Origin: Chthoniobacteraceae bacterium
GTDB taxonomy: Bacteria > Verrucomicrobiota > Verrucomicrobiia > Chthoniobacterales > Chthoniobacteraceae
Direction: 5' to 3'
Length of the DNA: 48,604 bases
Assembly: GCA_031409655.1 (NCBI GenBank)
Contig: JANNXQ010000147.1
Location: 1-48,604, forward strand
The notes beneath the pieces were generated by a model. It was given only the letters and a program-made list of their open reading frames with translations. It made no database searches and was not told where the DNA came from. Each line of letters begins with the position of its first letter. The stretch's first letter is position 1. Positions 10,166-19,423 of this stretch are shown here, piece after piece. A program made the translations under genes and the position numbers.

Positions 10166-13100
10166 ATGAAAAAACCCTTCCTCGCGCATTCCACCATCGA
10201 ACTCCTCGAAGCCCGCATCGCTCCCGCCCTCCTCGTCAGCGGCGCCAATCTCCTCGGCGGCGCCGGCAACCCGAACTCGGGCGAGACGTCCGTCGGCGAT
10301 CACTCGGTGACGCTCGTCAAGGTGCTCTCCGGCCAGGCGCTCGTGTGGTTCGACAACGGCTCCATTTCCTCCGTTTCCTTCGGTCCAAATACGAACCTCG
10401 AAATCACGGGCGATATCTTCGGTGACCTCGTCGGCAATCTCACCGCCGCAGGGGAGCTCTCGGATTCCGACGCGAATCCCTTGAACGGCGAGGACGGTTC
10501 GAAGCTGCTCGCGAACAATCTCGTCGGGCTAAAGACGCTGCCGCTGAGCGGGCAAAAGGGCAGCCTTGAGAACATCATCACCGGGGGCTCCATCAACGGG
10601 CTCTCGATCAATGGCGAACTTCTCGGAGCCTACGCCGGCGATGGCGCTTTCCGCACGGATTCGGACGTCCTCTCCGGAGGGCAGGTCGCCTCCTCGACCG
10701 GGAGTATCGATATCAATCCCGTGGCTTTCGGCACGCAGGCGACGTTTCTTTTCACCCAGGCGGGCGGCGAATTCCGGCCTGGCGCCTCGATCTCGAATGC
10801 GAAGATCACGAGTGCGCCGGCGCTCCAGCTTTTTGCCGGTAGCGGCAATCCCACGGGCGCGATCTTTGCGGGGCCCGGGCCGGCCGGTGGGAGCATCACG
10901 GGAGTGACGATCGACAGTGCTTTCGTCCCGGCCGGGGCGCCGAATGGCACCCCGAGTTACGCGCTGCTCGCGGGCGACGGGGCGAATGGAAAATCGGGCG
11001 GCGCAGGCGGCTCGATCGATCGCGTGATCGAGAAGACTTCCTCGGGTCCGGTGATTCTGAACGGCGGCCAAGGCGGCACTGGCGCGGCCGGGGCTGGCGG
11101 TGCGGGCGGCTCCGTCTCGAACCTCGATCTCCAGAGCAATAGCGCGCGCTATCTCGTGACCGCGGGCGATGGCGGCGAGGGCGCTCCGGCGGGCGATGGC
11201 GGACGTCTTTTTAACAACAACTTTTCCAACCGCACCCCGGTCTCCGGCATCATCCTCGCCGGCGATTTCACCGGTGACGATCGCGACGATGTGCTCGTCG
11301 TCGATGCCGCGACCGGGCAGATGATCATCTCCACGCAGGGCGATTTCGATCCCGGCAATGCCACCCCGGATGGCGACGGCGTGGCCTTCCGGCAGATCGT
11401 GCAATTCCGCACTCTCCTCAATGAACCCGTGGCGCTCATCGACGCCGGCGGGGTCGGGCCGGTGGATGCGATCGCGCGGGATGTGGATGGCGATGGCGAC
11501 CTCGACATCCTCGTCGCCTACAAGAGTTCGAGCAGCCTCGGCATTTTTCTGAATCAAGGCGATGGCACCTTCTTTGATCCGAATCTGGGGACCGCGGGTG
11601 AGTTTGCCGTGGCCAAGCTTTCGCTCGGGTTTGCGCCGGTGAAAATCGCGGCGAACTCCTCGGTCCTGGCCATCGCGGAGAATACCAACGGCAAGGGCCT
11701 GCTCCACTACGGCTCCGTCAAAACGGGCAGCGGCATCGACGAACTCACCATCGATCTCTCCACCGGCTCCAACGAATTTTCCCAGCCCGTCGCGGATCTC
11801 GTGGCGGCGAGCGGCGAGTTTTATGCAGCTTTCACAAATGGCGTGATCTCGCGGCTCCAGACCGCCGGACTCGAAGCCAAAAAACCGTTCGCCGTCTTTG
11901 ATACGGGGGTGGCCATCCCCGGCGGCATCACCGATCTCGAGACCGACTTCAGCGGCAACCGTCTGCTCGCGCTCAGCGCGACGTCCCGCACGGTCAGTGT
12001 CTTCGATACGGCGAATAGCAATCTCACGCTGGTCGATACGATCCTGCTGTCGGCCAGTGGCAAACCGCTCGTCGCGCACTTTGTGCATGATGCGGACCTC
12101 GTGACCGAAGACCGGATCAGTGTCCTGACCTCGCTCCCCACCGGCACGCGCCTCAGCGAATACGTCCCGGCCGCCTCGGACAACGATCCAGCGACCAATG
12201 AGCTGTTCGCCGCGGGCACCATCTTCACGAGCACGGCGACTTTCAAAAACTTTGCGCCAGCGTATGACACCGACCAGTTCATCGGCGACGCGGCGCTGGC
12301 CGGTTCCATGAGCCAGTTCACCTTCACGCCGGATCTCGTCGCGACGGCGGAGTATGCGCTGCCTTTTGCAAGCAAGCTTATCGAAGCGCGCGCGGGCCAG
12401 GGCGGTGAAGGTCTCAATCTCGGGACCCTCATCGGCAAGGGCGGCGCGGGGGGCAGCATTCTGGGGATCAATGCCGATGCCAATGAGATCAAGCTCTACG
12501 CGGGCGACGGCGGTGCGAGTTCCTCGGGGCCTGCGGGCGCGGGCGGTTCGGTGATCAATCCCGCTTCCTTCCTGACGTCTTCCGCCGCGACCGTCGTGCC
12601 CACGCTCCTCGCGGACGTGGTGCTCGTGATCGAAGCAGGTGATGGCGGTGCTCCCAATGGACCGGGTGCAAAAACCGCGAACGGGGGCGCGGGTGGTTCA
12701 CTCGGCGGCCTGAATGTGACGCTCGATTCCGGCGACATCACCCTTTCCACTGGCAGCGGCGGCCACGGCGACGGCGGGAATGGCGGCGCCGGAGGTAATT
12801 TTTCCAACAATCAAACGCTCGCTCGCGACGGCAGTCTCACGGTGTCAACGGGCGCGGGTGGCAACGCGACCGGCGCCACGGGCTTTGGCGGTGCGGGTGG
12901 AGCGATCGTCAATTTCCGTCACGAACTCGCGCTCTCCTCGGATGTCGAGCAACTTGAGAAAGCTTACACGGTGAGTGTTTCCACCGGAGCCGGTGGCACC
13001 TCCGTCGCGGCCGCGGGCGGCGCGGGTGGCGCGATCTCCGGGCTGGCGCTGAAGCTGGATGGTTCGGATCAGACCTATGATGACGGGGCCGTCACGCCGC

Positions 13101-14431
13101 CGCTCGTCGATGCGAATAAGGACAACACCGTGCGCATCGTGGCCACCACGGGTGCGGGTGGCGAAGGTGCGATCGGGGGCGCGGGTGGGGCCATGCGCGA
13201 TCTCTCGTCGGAGACGGTTCACGATCAGGTGAATCGCTTTAAGCAGATCCTCCTGAACTTCGTGACGATGAGCCTCACGGCAGGGGCTGGTGGAGATGGC
13301 ACCGCCGGCGCGGGCGGCGTGGGTGGCAGCATCACTTTCACGAAGGCGATCTCGGGAATCACCCAGGCCGACCCCGACGCCCCGGCCGCCGATCCTTTTG
13401 TGGCCATCGCCGGGGCGGGTGGCGACGGCACCCTGAAGGGCGGCGCCGGTGGCGGGATCACTGGCCTGACCTTGCAGAATTCTCCTTTCGCCGACGGCAG
13501 CCCGATCACCACGACGCACCTCGTCTCCGCGATCCTGACCGCCGGCAATGGCGGCGCCGGCGGCACGGCGGATGGCGGGGCCGGCGGTGCGATCAGCAAG
13601 GTGCTCGCTGGGGTCCAAGGTGGCTCCCTCGCGGTTACGGCGGGCACTGGTGGTGACAGCGCGGCGGCGAAGGGCGGCGTCGGCGGTGCGGTCAGCGCGA
13701 GTTCTTTTGGTCTCGTAAAAACATTCTCGGCGATTGGGTTGCGCGTGGACGCGGGTGCTGGCGGCGATGGTCCGCTCGGGGGCGGGAGCGGTGGGGCGAT
13801 CGCGGCCCTGCAAGTCAGCACTCCGCAGAGCACGAATGGGATCTCGGCGATCATCTACGCGGGACAGGGCGGCGCCGCGAATGCCGCAAAAGCTTTGGGT
13901 GGAAAAGGTGGCGACGTCACCGGCCTCACACAGAACAAGGACGTCAACAGCTCGATCAACGTCGTCGCCGCCGGGATCGGCGGTGCGAATCCGCTCGGCG
14001 CAGGGGGCGCCGGCGGAAATGTGGTCGGCGTGAAGACCGTCGGCTTTCTCGGACGCCCGAGCGATGGGCTGAACCGGCTCGGCGTTTTTGATGAGATCGA
14101 CTACGGCGGCGGAAACACGGACGATCTCGCGCAAGGTGTCTTCTCCGGCATCGGCGGCACTGGCCTCACCAAGGGTGCCAACGGCTCCGTGAGCAACATC
14201 GCGGCTCGGCAAATCGGCGCCATCGCTGCCTACAACTCCACGAATTTCACCTTCGCTGCCGCGGCCAAGGTCTCGAACGTGAAAGCGTCGCTCATCGGTT
14301 TCGATGTGAATCAGAATGGGATCTTCAATTCGGACGTGCTCACTGGGCGCCCGATCGACGGCTTCATTCGCGCCACGGTGCTCGACAAGGTCTCCGTGCT
14401 CCCGCCCGCTGGCTTCATCTTCACGGTGTAA
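10166..14431 (+). CDS. Giant Gly-rich extracellular protein: LEPR-XLL-like leader, AGxGG repeats, FG-GAP/VCBS-like repeats
   Basis: IELLEARIAPA near the N-terminus; many AGxGGxG...GGxGG units; GDFTGDDRDDV and DVDGDGDLDILV motifs. Start placed at ATG 10166. Confidence 0.85.
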   Translation: MKKPFLAHSTIELLEARIAPALLVSGANLLGGAGNPNSGETSVGDHSVTLVKVLSGQALVWFDNGSISSVSFGPNTNLEITGDIFGDLVGNLTAAGELSDSDANPLNGEDGSKLLANNLVGLKTLPLSGQKGSLENIITGGSINGLSINGELLGAYAGDGAFRTDSDVLSGGQVASSTGSIDINPVAFGTQATFLFTQAGGEFRPGASISNAKITSAPALQLFAGSGNPTGAIFAGPGPAGGSITGVTIDSAFVPAGAPNGTPSYALLAGDGANGKSGGAGGSIDRVIEKTSSGPVILNGGQGGTGAAGAGGAGGSVSNLDLQSNSARYLVTAGDGGEGAPAGDGGRLFNNNFSNRTPVSGIILAGDFTGDDRDDVLVVDAATGQMIISTQGDFDPGNATPDGDGVAFRQIVQFRTLLNEPVALIDAGGVGPVDAIARDVDGDGDLDILVAYKSSSSLGIFLNQGDGTFFDPNLGTAGEFAVAKLSLGFAPVKIAANSSVLAIAENTNGKGLLHYGSVKTGSGIDELTIDLSTGSNEFSQPVADLVAASGEFYAAFTNGVISRLQTAGLEAKKPFAVFDTGVAIPGGITDLETDFSGNRLLALSATSRTVSVFDTANSNLTLVDTILLSASGKPLVAHFVHDADLVTEDRISVLTSLPTGTRLSEYVPAASDNDPATNELFAAGTIFTSTATFKNFAPAYDTDQFIGDAALAGSMSQFTFTPDLVATAEYALPFASKLIEARAGQGGEGLNLGTLIGKGGAGGSILGINADANEIKLYAGDGGASSSGPAGAGGSVINPASFLTSSAATVVPTLLADVVLVIEAGDGGAPNGPGAKTANGGAGGSLGGLNVTLDSGDITLSTGSGGHGDGGNGGAGGNFSNNQTLARDGSLTVSTGAGGNATGATGFGGAGGAIVNFRHELALSSDVEQLEKAYTVSVSTGAGGTSVAAAGGAGGAISGLALKLDGSDQTYDDGAVTPPLVDANKDNTVRIVATTGAGGEGAIGGAGGAMRDLSSETVHDQVNRFKQILLNFVTMSLTAGAGGDGTAGAGGVGGSITFTKAISGITQADPDAPAADPFVAIAGAGGDGTLKGGAGGGITGLTLQNSPFADGSPITTTHLVSAILTAGNGGAGGTADGGAGGAISKVLAGVQGGSLAVTAGTGGDSAAAKGGVGGAVSASSFGLVKTFSAIGLRVDAGAGGDGPLGGGSGGAIAALQVSTPQSTNGISAIIYAGQGGAANAAKALGGKGGDVTGLTQNKDVNSSINVVAAGIGGANPLGAGGAGGNVVGVKTVGFLGRPSDGLNRLGVFDEIDYGGGNTDDLAQGVFSGIGGTGLTKGANGSVSNIAARQIGAIAAYNSTNFTFAAAAKVSNVKASLIGFDVNQNGIFNSDVLTGRPIDGFIRATVLDKVSVLPPAGFIFTV

Positions 14432-16251
14432 TTTGGCTTCGCCACCAAGCGCACATCCCGGCGGGCGGCCTGCGCGCGGGCCACGGCGGCGGCGTCCGGT
14501 TGGCCGAGCTTCGCGAGCAGGTCGGCGAAAATCGCCCACGACTCGGCGCGGAAGGGCTGCGCTTCGAGGAAAGCGCGCAGCTCCTGGGTGGCTTCAAAGG
14601 TGCGGCCGGTTTCGGCGAGGTGCGCGAGGTGGCGTTTGCGGATGGACCAGTTCCGCGGGGCACGCTCGACGGCCTGGACGAGCAGATGGCCGGTGTCGCG
14701 TCCGGTTTCGAGATGCTCGAGCGCGGCGCGAGTCTGGAGGCAATCCGCGGCGAGCAGGGGAGAAAGTTCCGCCTTTTCCAAGGCCGCATGGGCGCGCGGA
14801 AAATCGCGCGTGCGGACGCAGACATTGGCCAGGGCAAACCAGGCCATCGCTTGATCCGGCGCGCGTTTCAGGGCCGTCTCGTAGTGGGCGAGCGCGAGGT
14901 CTGGATGGCCGTGCTGAAATTCGAGGTTGCCGAGATTGATGTGCATCCGTGGGGTGTCGCCGCCGGCGGCGATGGTGCGGGTGAGAAAGGTCCGCTGATC
15001 GCGCCAGTCGGCCTGGCGAAGCCAGGTACGCACGCCGAGGAAAATTACCCAGACACCGAGAGCGGATCGGAGAGCGAGAGCCATTCGATGTTCGATGTTC
15101 TTCTCTGACGTTGCGGACGCAGCAACATCGAACGTCGAACGTCGAACGCCGAATAACGAACACAGCGAGAGCGCGCTGGTGAGCAGGAGAAACGCGCCGG
15201 GCACATAGAGCCAGTGCTCCGCGACGGTGGCATTGAGCGAGAAGAGATTGCTGATCGGCAGATACGCGAGGAGGAACGCCGCCAGACAGAGCGCCGCCGC
15301 GCGCTCGCGCCGCCACGCCCAGCGCCACCAAGCCACGATGCCGATCAGCAGCACGATGCCGAGCAGGGTCTGATATTCGCGCAGCCGCGCATTGCGCACC
15401 GTGGCTTCGGAGGTCGCCTGTGGGGTGGTGGTCACGTCGCGTTCCATGCGCAGGGTGCGCGGCAGGACGAGCAACCCGGCGTATTCGGCGATGGCGCGCG
15501 CGGCGAGGATCGGGCGGACGGCGAGCGGGGTCTGTGGCGGCGGCGGAGGCGCGGTGTGTTCGGCGGAAAGGCGCAGTGCGGCGTAGCTGCCGAGCACGAG
15601 CGCGACGACCGCCAGCCACCGGGCGGCCACCTGCCACCCGACGCGTTTCCAGGCGAGCATGAGCAGCCAAATGAGGAGAAAGGCGATGCCGCTTTCCTTC
15701 GACAAAAGCGCGCCGAGGAAACCGAGCGCCGCGAGGAATCCACGGAGCTTCGCGCCTTTCGGATCAGCCAAGGTGCCCAACCCCAGGGCGAGCGCGGCAA
15801 ATCCGAACAGCGCCGCCAGCGGATCGGCGCGCCCAGCGACATAGGTGATCGCCGAAGTCTGCAGGGGATGCACCGCCCAGATCACCGCGAGGCCGAGCGC
15901 CCACGAGCGGGCGACAAATTTCAGCGCCAGAAAATAGAGCGCCACCGCTGCTGCCGCGTGGATGGCGATGTTCGTGAGGTGCCAGCCCCACGGGGCGCTG
16001 AAGCCGTAGAGTGCATAGTCCGCCGTGAAGGTCAGGCGCTGGAGCGGGCGGTAGAAATTCGACGGCGTCGCGTCGAGGAAGAGGAAGTGCTGAAAGGCCT
16101 CGGGGATGAGCCGCCAACTGCGGAGAAGCGGATCGCGCAAGACCAGCGCGGTGTCGTCCCAGACAAATCCGTTGCGGAGCGCGGGGCCGTACACGAGAAA
16201 CGTCGCCGCCATGACGACAGCGATAGCGACGACACTCGGATATTTTTTCAA
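14311..16251 (-). CDS. TMTC-like GT-C glycosyltransferase with C-terminal TPRs
   Basis: FVWDD, YRPL, HPLQTSAITYVAGR, LLSKE, AEHWLY, W-x-D motifs; many TM helices; TPR-like C-terminus. Start uncertain (TTG 16251 chosen). Confidence 0.85.
   Translation of the reverse strand: MKKYPSVVAIAVVMAATFLVYGPALRNGFVWDDTALVLRDPLLRSWRLIPEAFQHFLFLDATPSNFYRPLQRLTFTADYALYGFSAPWGWHLTNIAIHAAAAVALYFLALKFVARSWALGLAVIWAVHPLQTSAITYVAGRADPLAALFGFAALALGLGTLADPKGAKLRGFLAALGFLGALLSKESGIAFLLIWLLMLAWKRVGWQVAARWLAVVALVLGSYAALRLSAEHTAPPPPPQTPLAVRPILAARAIAEYAGLLVLPRTLRMERDVTTTPQATSEATVRNARLREYQTLLGIVLLIGIVAWWRWAWRRERAAALCLAAFLLAYLPISNLFSLNATVAEHWLYVPGAFLLLTSALSLCSLFGVRRSTFDVAASATSEKNIEHRMALALRSALGVWVIFLGVRTWLRQADWRDQRTFLTRTIAAGGDTPRMHINLGNLEFQHGHPDLALAHYETALKRAPDQAMAWFALANVCVRTRDFPRAHAALEKAELSPLLAADCLQTRAALEHLETGRDTGHLLVQAVERAPRNWSIRKRHLAHLAETGRTFEATQELRAFLEAQPFRAESWAIFADLLAKLGQPDAAAVARAQAARRDVRLVAKPNYTVKMKPAGGSTETLSSTVARMKPSIGRPVSTSELKIPF
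15083..15161. repeat. 7-nt periodic palindromic element inside the TMTC-like CDS
   Basis: attcgatg-ttcgatg-ttc ... aacatcg-aacgtcg-aacgtcg-aacgccg-aataacg-aac. Confidence 0.75.
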
Positions 16252-16258
16252 GCGCGGA

Positions 16259-17017
16259 ATGATGCGGGCAAGGCGCCTGGCCAGCAAGTGTCTCGTCTTC
16301 GGGGCGCTCGTCGCACCGGCTGGAGCCACGGGCCTCCGTTCCGACGTGAAGCAGTTGATCGTGAGCGTCGCGCCCAGTTGGGACTCAAATACCGGGCGGC
16401 TGCAATGCTTCGAGCGCAGGGGTGGCGATTGGAAACCCGCCTCCGCAGCGTGGCCGGTGCTCTACGGAAAGAACGGCCTCGCATGGGGTCGCGGCGTGCT
16501 CGGCGGCGAGGAAGGTGGACGCGCAAAACAAGAGCGTGACGGGCGCGCGCCGGTGGGCGTTTTCCGCATCGGGAAAATCTACACCTACGACGAGGCCCTG
16601 CCCGCTGGCGCGAGCTTCCCCTACCGCACGGTCGGCCTGGGCGACGCCTGGGTCGATGACGCGACCTCGCCGTACTACAATCAGCACGTCGTCATCGATC
16701 CCGCGAACCCGCCGCCGTGGTTTGCGAAGCAGAAGATGCGGCACGGCGACTTTGCCTACCGCTGGCTCGTCGAGATCCGCCACAATTCCGACCCGCCGGT
16801 ACCCGGTGCCGGGAGTGCCATCTTCTTCCACATCCGCCGCGGCGTCAGCCGTCCCTCCGCCGGTTGCACCACCATGGCGGAGGAAAATCTCGTAAAACTG
16901 ATCCGCTGGCTGCGCGCTGAGCAGCGCCCGCACTACGCGCTCCTCCCGCGCAGCGAGTATCTCGTGAAGTGGAAAGCGTGGGGACTGCCTCCACCAGACC
17001 CGGCGCTGCTGCCGTGA
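16259..17017 (+). CDS. L,D-transpeptidase (YkuD-like) family protein
   Basis: KQERDGRAPVGVF, WVDD..SPYYN, GSAIFFH...SAGC (His/Cys catalytic pair). Start uncertain. Confidence 0.85.
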   Translation: MMRARRLASKCLVFGALVAPAGATGLRSDVKQLIVSVAPSWDSNTGRLQCFERRGGDWKPASAAWPVLYGKNGLAWGRGVLGGEEGGRAKQERDGRAPVGVFRIGKIYTYDEALPAGASFPYRTVGLGDAWVDDATSPYYNQHVVIDPANPPPWFAKQKMRHGDFAYRWLVEIRHNSDPPVPGAGSAIFFHIRRGVSRPSAGCTTMAEENLVKLIRWLRAEQRPHYALLPRSEYLVKWKAWGLPPPDPALLP

Positions 17018-17123
17018 CCCGCGCGGCGACACTAAGAAATCCGGGCCGTTCCGCCTTACCACAATGCCCGTTGCCACTCGCGGCTTCCGGTGTTAAGTCA
17101 GTTTCGCAACCCCATTCACCATT

Positions 17124-17399
17124 ATGAACATTGCCTCTTTCGGAAATTTCCTCGGCCCGGACACGCTGATCATTTTCCTCGTCATCCTGATCTTCTTCGG
17201 GGCGAAACGTCTGCCGGAACTCGCCAAAGGATTGGGCCAGGCCATCCGCGAATTCTCCAAGGCCAAGGATGATTTCTCCAATGAGATCACCCGTGCGCCT
17301 GAGCCGCCCGCGCAGATTGCGCACGAGCCCAAGGTCGAGGTCGCACCCGATCCGAAGGGCAAGGTCATGAGCGAAGCGTCTTCCGTTCGCCACGACTGA
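17124..17399 (+). CDS. tatA: Twin-arginine translocase TatA/TatE subunit
   Basis: LIIFLVILIFFGAKRLPELAKGLGQAIREFSKA. Confidence 0.93.
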   Translation: MNIASFGNFLGPDTLIIFLVILIFFGAKRLPELAKGLGQAIREFSKAKDDFSNEITRAPEPPAQIAHEPKVEVAPDPKGKVMSEASSVRHD

Positions 17400-17425
17400 T
17401 TCGCGGCTCCTGCCGCCAGAGATTT

Positions 17426-17455
17426 GGGCTCGCCTCCACGAGGCGAGCCCTTTCT
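17426..17455 (+). terminator. Intrinsic terminator after tatA
   Basis: gggctcgcctc-cac-gaggcgagccc followed by tttctattt. Confidence 0.8.
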
Positions 17456-17467
17456 ATTTCCCGCCCC

Positions 17468-18370
17468 ATGTCGCGCCCCCTTGCCGCACTTCTCCTCGCG
17501 TTCCTTTTCCTCCAGACCGGCTTTGCGGCGCCGGAGGAAATCGTGATCTGCACTTACAACGTCGAGAATTACACGCACAAGCAGGCGGCTGGCCCGAGCT
17601 CGCCGTACGGCACGCGGGAGAAATCCGAGAAGTCCATCGCCGCCCTGATTGCGATCATCAAGGAGGTGAATCCGGACGTGCTCGGCGTGTGCGAGATGGG
17701 TTCGCCGGAGCGTTTCGAGGACTTCAAAAAACGGCTGAATGAGGCCGGGCTTGGCTACAAGGATTCCGAGTACCTGCAAGCCGCCGATCCCGACCGCCAC
17801 CTCGCGCTGGTCAGCCGCTTCCCAATCGTTGCGCGAAATTCCGCGCCAGACGTGCCCTACGAACTCAATGGCGTGCCCGAGAAAATGCGGCGCGGCATCC
17901 TCGACGTGACCATCCAGGTGAACGCTGGCTACCAGCTCCGCATGGTGGGCGTGCATTTGAAATCGAAACTGCCGGTGCCGCAGGGCGAGGCGCTCATCCG
18001 CCGCCACGAAGCGCAGGAGCTGCGCAAGCACGTCACCAAAATCCTGACCGCCGCGCCGCAGACCAATCTCGTCTGCTACGGCGACTTCAATGACACGAAG
18101 AACGAGCCGATGTTTGCCGAAGTGTCCGGGTCAAAAAAGTCGCCGACCTACCTGGCCGACCTCTGGGCACGGGATGCCATGGGGGATCGTTGGACGTATT
18201 ACTGGCGCCCCGCGGATCAGTATTCGCGGATCGATTATCTCTTCGTGAGCCCCGCGCTTTTTCCCGAGGTGGTGAAAACGAAATCGAGCGTCTATCGCAG
18301 CGACGACTGGCAGACCGCGAGCGATCATCGACCGGTGAGTGCGGCGATCATTCCCCTGGATCAGGAGTAG
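17468..18370 (+). CDS. Exported endonuclease/exonuclease/phosphatase (EEP) family protein
   Basis: Signal peptide; TYNVENY, PDVLGVCE, HLKS, GDFND, RIDY, SDH motifs. Confidence 0.88.
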   Translation: MSRPLAALLLAFLFLQTGFAAPEEIVICTYNVENYTHKQAAGPSSPYGTREKSEKSIAALIAIIKEVNPDVLGVCEMGSPERFEDFKKRLNEAGLGYKDSEYLQAADPDRHLALVSRFPIVARNSAPDVPYELNGVPEKMRRGILDVTIQVNAGYQLRMVGVHLKSKLPVPQGEALIRRHEAQELRKHVTKILTAAPQTNLVCYGDFNDTKNEPMFAEVSGSKKSPTYLADLWARDAMGDRWTYYWRPADQYSRIDYLFVSPALFPEVVKTKSSVYRSDDWQTASDHRPVSAAIIPLDQE

Positions 18371-18376
18371 CGCGCG

Positions 18377-19423
18377 ATGACGTTGCTCCCGCGTTTGTTC
18401 CAGGTCGCGCTCTTCGTCGCCCTGCTCGGGTCTGCCGCAACGGCGGGGGCGGCCGCGGCGGAGGATGCGTGGAAGGTCATCGTCGCGCTCGATGCCGGAC
18501 CGCAGGGTCGGCCGCGCACTGCGGAGGAAGCGCGCGACGAAGCGTATGCGCATCTGCTCAAGCAAGAGCGGGCGCTGCGGGCCTTCCTCGCTGCGAATGC
18601 GGGAGACGTCCACGCTTTCGAAGCCCGGCTGCGGCTGGCGCGCGCGTTGCAGATTCGCGCGGACATGACGGCGGACGAAGGCCTGCGCGCCGAGTCGAAA
18701 CGGCTGCTCGAGGAAAGTGCGCGCGTCGCGAAACCCGAGCAGATCGTCGAAGTCGATTTTGCCCGGATCACCGCTTTCATGCGCGCGTCCCGGCTGCCGA
18801 GTCGGGAGCAACGCGCGGAGCTGCTGGGGAAGGCGCGCGCCTTTGCGGCGAAGCATCCCGCCGACCGTCGCGTGGCGGTGCTGCTCACGGAGGTTTCGGT
18901 GCTCTTCGACACCGACCCGAAGACGAAGATGGAACTGCTTTCCGAAGCCCAGGCGCTGGCCAAGGACGGAGAGTTGAAGGCGCGCATCGCGGACGATCTG
19001 CGCCGCGTCGGGCTGTTCGGAAAGACGTTTGCGCTCAGCGGGGCGACCGTCCAGGGCCGCCCGGCAAACATTGAGGAATTCCGCGGCAGCCCGGTGCTGG
19101 TCGTGTTTTTTGCGGACTTTTCACCGCCCTCCATCACGGCGCTCCCGGAACTCCAGCGGGCGGTCGCGGATCTACCGCCGGGAGCGGTGCGCGTGCTCGG
19201 GGTGAGCCTCGACGTGCGCCGCGACACCGCCGCCGAGCAGCTCAAGAAACTCGGCGTTTCGTGGCCAGTGATCTGCGACAGCAAAGGCTGGGAAAGTCCC
19301 AGCATCCGCGCGCTCGGCATCAACACGCTGCCGACCGTCTGGCTGCTCGATGGTGCCGGCCGCCTGCGCTCGCTCAATGCCCTCGAAGGCACGGCTGGTC
19401 TCGTCCGCCAGCTCCGAAAATGA
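18377..19423 (+). CDS. Exported TlpA/redoxin-like protein with helical N-domain, CxxC replaced by SPPS
   Basis: Signal peptide; C-terminal thioredoxin-like fold (VLVVFFADFSPPS...LGVSLD...GINTLPTVWLLD). Confidence 0.75.
   Translation: MTLLPRLFQVALFVALLGSAATAGAAAAEDAWKVIVALDAGPQGRPRTAEEARDEAYAHLLKQERALRAFLAANAGDVHAFEARLRLARALQIRADMTADEGLRAESKRLLEESARVAKPEQIVEVDFARITAFMRASRLPSREQRAELLGKARAFAAKHPADRRVAVLLTEVSVLFDTDPKTKMELLSEAQALAKDGELKARIADDLRRVGLFGKTFALSGATVQGRPANIEEFRGSPVLVVFFADFSPPSITALPELQRAVADLPPGAVRVLGVSLDVRRDTAAEQLKKLGVSWPVICDSKGWESPSIRALGINTLPTVWLLDGAGRLRSLNALEGTAGLVRQLRK

Noticed and set aside
10529..14539. Long minus-strand ORFs (519 and 564 aa) opposite the giant protein
   Set aside because: Same antisense-shadow effect; no recognisable domains.
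17124..18370. tatA and the downstream EEP protein as a Tat substrate pair
   Set aside because: The EEP signal peptide has no twin-arginine motif and a terminator separates the genes.
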